From Nitrosococcus oceani ATCC 19707 (GTDB taxonomy: Bacteria > Pseudomonadota > Gammaproteobacteria > Nitrosococcales > Nitrosococcaceae), in assembly GCF_000012805.1 (NCBI RefSeq), contig NC_007484.1:2400001-2432000 (forward strand): a stretch of 32,000 nt of DNA, written 5' to 3'. This document shows positions 30,151 to 32,000 of this stretch, piece by piece (within the stretch, counting starts at the first letter, position 1; the number at the start of each line of letters is the position of its first letter). Both the position numbers and the translations under genes were made by a program. The notes under the pieces are model-generated. The model worked only from the letters and a program-made list of their open reading frames with translations. It was not told the DNA's origin and ran no database searches.

Positions 30151-30993
30151 TTAACAGAGCCGAGAGTCATTTAACTCTTTGTCTAGCATTCTCAACTCTG
30201 CTTCGGAAAATCCAGCCCGCAACCGCGCTTCACGATGCAGGGGACCACGGGTTTTGCCCTTGAAATAGCCATTCACTAAATCACGAAACGTAGTCTCGGC
30301 ATTAAGTTCACGACTCTCACATAGGTAACGAAACCAATGGGAACCAATCCCAACATGGCCCACCTCGTCGCGCAAAATAATTTCAAGGATTAAAACTGCC
30401 CGCAAATCCCCCGCTTGTTGCAGCCGCTCTATCATGCCGGGAGTAACATCCAATCCTCGTGCTTCTAGTACACGGGGGACAAGGGCCATGCGCACTAAGG
30501 GGTCATGAGCCGTCTTTTGCGCCATCTCCCAAAGGCCGTCATGGGCTGGGAAATCCCCATATTCATGATTCATCGAATGCAAGTGATCCTGAAGGAGGCA
30601 AAAATGATAAGCTTCTTCCAGTGCAACCTGCACCCAATCATCATAAAATTCCCCAGGCAAATCATGAAAACGGCAAACGGCATCCCAAGCCAAATTAATT
30701 GCATTAAATTCAATATGAGCAATGGCATGAATTAATGCCGCCCGTCCCAAAACCGTGGTAAGTTTACGGCGGGGAAGCTCCCGCGGCGCCACTAGCGATG
30801 GCCACACAGGACGGCCGGGAATATCAGGCAAGCAACTCTTGGGAGGAAAACCAATCTGCAAGCATCCAGCTTTCCAAAGCTGCGCCACATCGCAGGTCAC
30901 CTTGGTTTTTTCTTCCGGATCACAAACTTTCAAGCAATGTAAAGCTGCTTCGCCAAGGGTTGCTTTTCCCCATACTAGAGGCATAATATCCAC
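30151..30993 (-). CDS. DUF455-family ferritin-like (di-iron carboxylate superfamily) protein
   Basis: 280 aa with HIEFNAINLAWD and EVGHV helix motifs that I associate with DUF455. GTG start with AAGGA 5 nt upstream. The family call is from memory. Confidence 0.65.
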   Translation of the reverse strand: MDIMPLVWGKATLGEAALHCLKVCDPEEKTKVTCDVAQLWKAGCLQIGFPPKSCLPDIPGRPVWPSLVAPRELPRRKLTTVLGRAALIHAIAHIEFNAINLAWDAVCRFHDLPGEFYDDWVQVALEEAYHFCLLQDHLHSMNHEYGDFPAHDGLWEMAQKTAHDPLVRMALVPRVLEARGLDVTPGMIERLQQAGDLRAVLILEIILRDEVGHVGIGSHWFRYLCESRELNAETTFRDLVNGYFKGKTRGPLHREARLRAGFSEAELRMLDKELNDSRLC

Positions 30994-31153
30994 TTTTATC
31001 CTTCAACTACCCCACCATTTTACTCGCTTCTTCACCTAAGAGAGAGTATCATTTATTCCGTTTACCCGCTTCGCTGCCAGGCTAGCATTCTGTGCCTCTA
31101 ACAAAGTACTCGCGGAAATTCCATGTTTTTCTAATCACTAGCGATAAAAGATA

Positions 31154-31669
31154 ATGATACGACCCAGTGCTTTTAGCTACGAAGATCTCTTACAATGCGG
31201 CCGCGGCGAAATGTTTGGTCCCGGCAATGCTCAACTGCCTATGCCTCCCATGTTAATGTTTGATCGCATTACTTATATTAGCGATGAAGGTGGCGCTTTC
31301 GGCAAGGGAGAAATTAATGCTGAAATGGAAATCAAGCCTGACTCGTGGTTCTTTAATTGCCATTTCCCGAGCGACCCCGTGATGCCAGGTTGCTTGGGCC
31401 TGGATGCCATGTGGCAGCTCTTGGGCTTCTATCTTGCATGGCGCGGTGGCCCTGGCCATGGTCGCGCCTTAGGTTCAGGAGAAGTGAAATTCACAGGCCA
31501 GGTCACCCCTAAAAATAAATTGGTTACCTACCATATTAATCTCAAGCGCGTGATTATGCGCAAGCTAGTTATGGGCATTGCCGATGGCATTATGGCGGTG
31601 GATGGCCGGGAAATCTATCTCGCTAAAGATCTTCGGGTCGGCCTGTTCGTCTCAACGGATTCGTTCTAG
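31154..31669 (+). CDS. fabA: 3-hydroxydecanoyl-ACP dehydratase / trans-2-decenoyl-ACP isomerase
   Basis: 171 aa, colinear with E. coli FabA, including the active-site region [24 protein letters not shown]. Confidence 0.95.
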   Translation: MIRPSAFSYEDLLQCGRGEMFGPGNAQLPMPPMLMFDRITYISDEGGAFGKGEINAEMEIKPDSWFFNCHFPSDPVMPGCLGLDAMWQLLGFYLAWRGGPGHGRALGSGEVKFTGQVTPKNKLVTYHINLKRVIMRKLVMGIADGIMAVDGREIYLAKDLRVGLFVSTDSF

Positions 31670-31843
31670 CATTTTACCATCTAAGCCTTTAAAAAGGCCT
31701 TCAATTACTTAATGCTCATTGCAATTCTATCGCATCATTTGTATTTTGTGATGTATTGCACACCGTCTCCTGCAATATGGAATTATAAGAGCAGTACTGG
31801 CTGAAACCATACAATTTAGTAATTTCCATTGCTGCAGGTACCC

Positions 31844-32000
31844 ATGATGGCGACAAACGTCCATTACCTTGATGCCTCACCCACAGGGGCCGATAAACAA
31901 ACACAGTTTCCGGCTCACCAAATTACCGAGCGCCTTTGTTCTCAAACACTCGAGCAATTTAAAATTCTTATCGAGGATACCTTTGGAGCAATTGACGATA
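31844..32000 (+). CDS. 5' end of an unidentified ORF running off the window (MMATNVHYLDASPTGADKQTQFPAHQITERLCSQTLEQFKILIEDTFGAIDD...)
   Basis: Open from the ATG at 31844 to the window end (52 codons). The composition is protein-like. It vaguely resembles the N-terminus of DUF1631-type proteins, but that is a weak recollection. Confidence 0.35.
   Translation, partial: MMATNVHYLDASPTGADKQTQFPAHQITERLCSQTLEQFKILIEDTFGAIDD

Overview
The window looks like a gammaproteobacterial chromosome segment of roughly 50% GC. This rests on gene content and order: bioBFHCD, comF, acnB, purB, argG, fabA and long-form nadE. A Nitrosococcus/Chromatiales-like origin is only an unverified guess. About 24 kb (7.8-32 kb) is ordinary core metabolism: NAD synthetase, an orphan MlaC-like protein, the biotin operon, aconitase B, a truncated Ada/Ogt, adenylosuccinate lyase, argininosuccinate synthase, an E1alpha/E1beta-type pyruvate dehydrogenase operon, a DUF455 protein and FabA. 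The left 7.4 kb is different. It is GC-richer by eye and forms one co-directional minus-strand cluster. That cluster holds three tandem FG-GAP (integrin-alpha-like beta-propeller) paralogs with 7, 8 and 7 blades, the 5' relic of a fourth paralog, and a TIGR03032-like gene of unknown function. The array shows concerted evolution and active remodelling. There is a perfect 216-bp in-frame tandem duplication. The C-terminal helical tail is intact in one paralog but survives only as an out-of-frame relic in the other two. There is also a 60-nt in-frame insertion flanked by direct repeats, and a G8 tract. Other points worth a second look are a natural E2-E3 (acyltransferase plus dihydrolipoamide dehydrogenase) fusion ORF, a 287-aa orphan mini-secretin between purB and argG, an Ogt that retains a gutted Ada N-terminus, a ~72-bp interspersed repeat just 3' of bioD and acnB, and a ~0.55-kb ORF-poor island ending in a strong terminator. 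I recognised no rRNA, tRNA, CRISPR array, IS element or integrase. All family assignments come from reading the translations; nothing was searched or computed.
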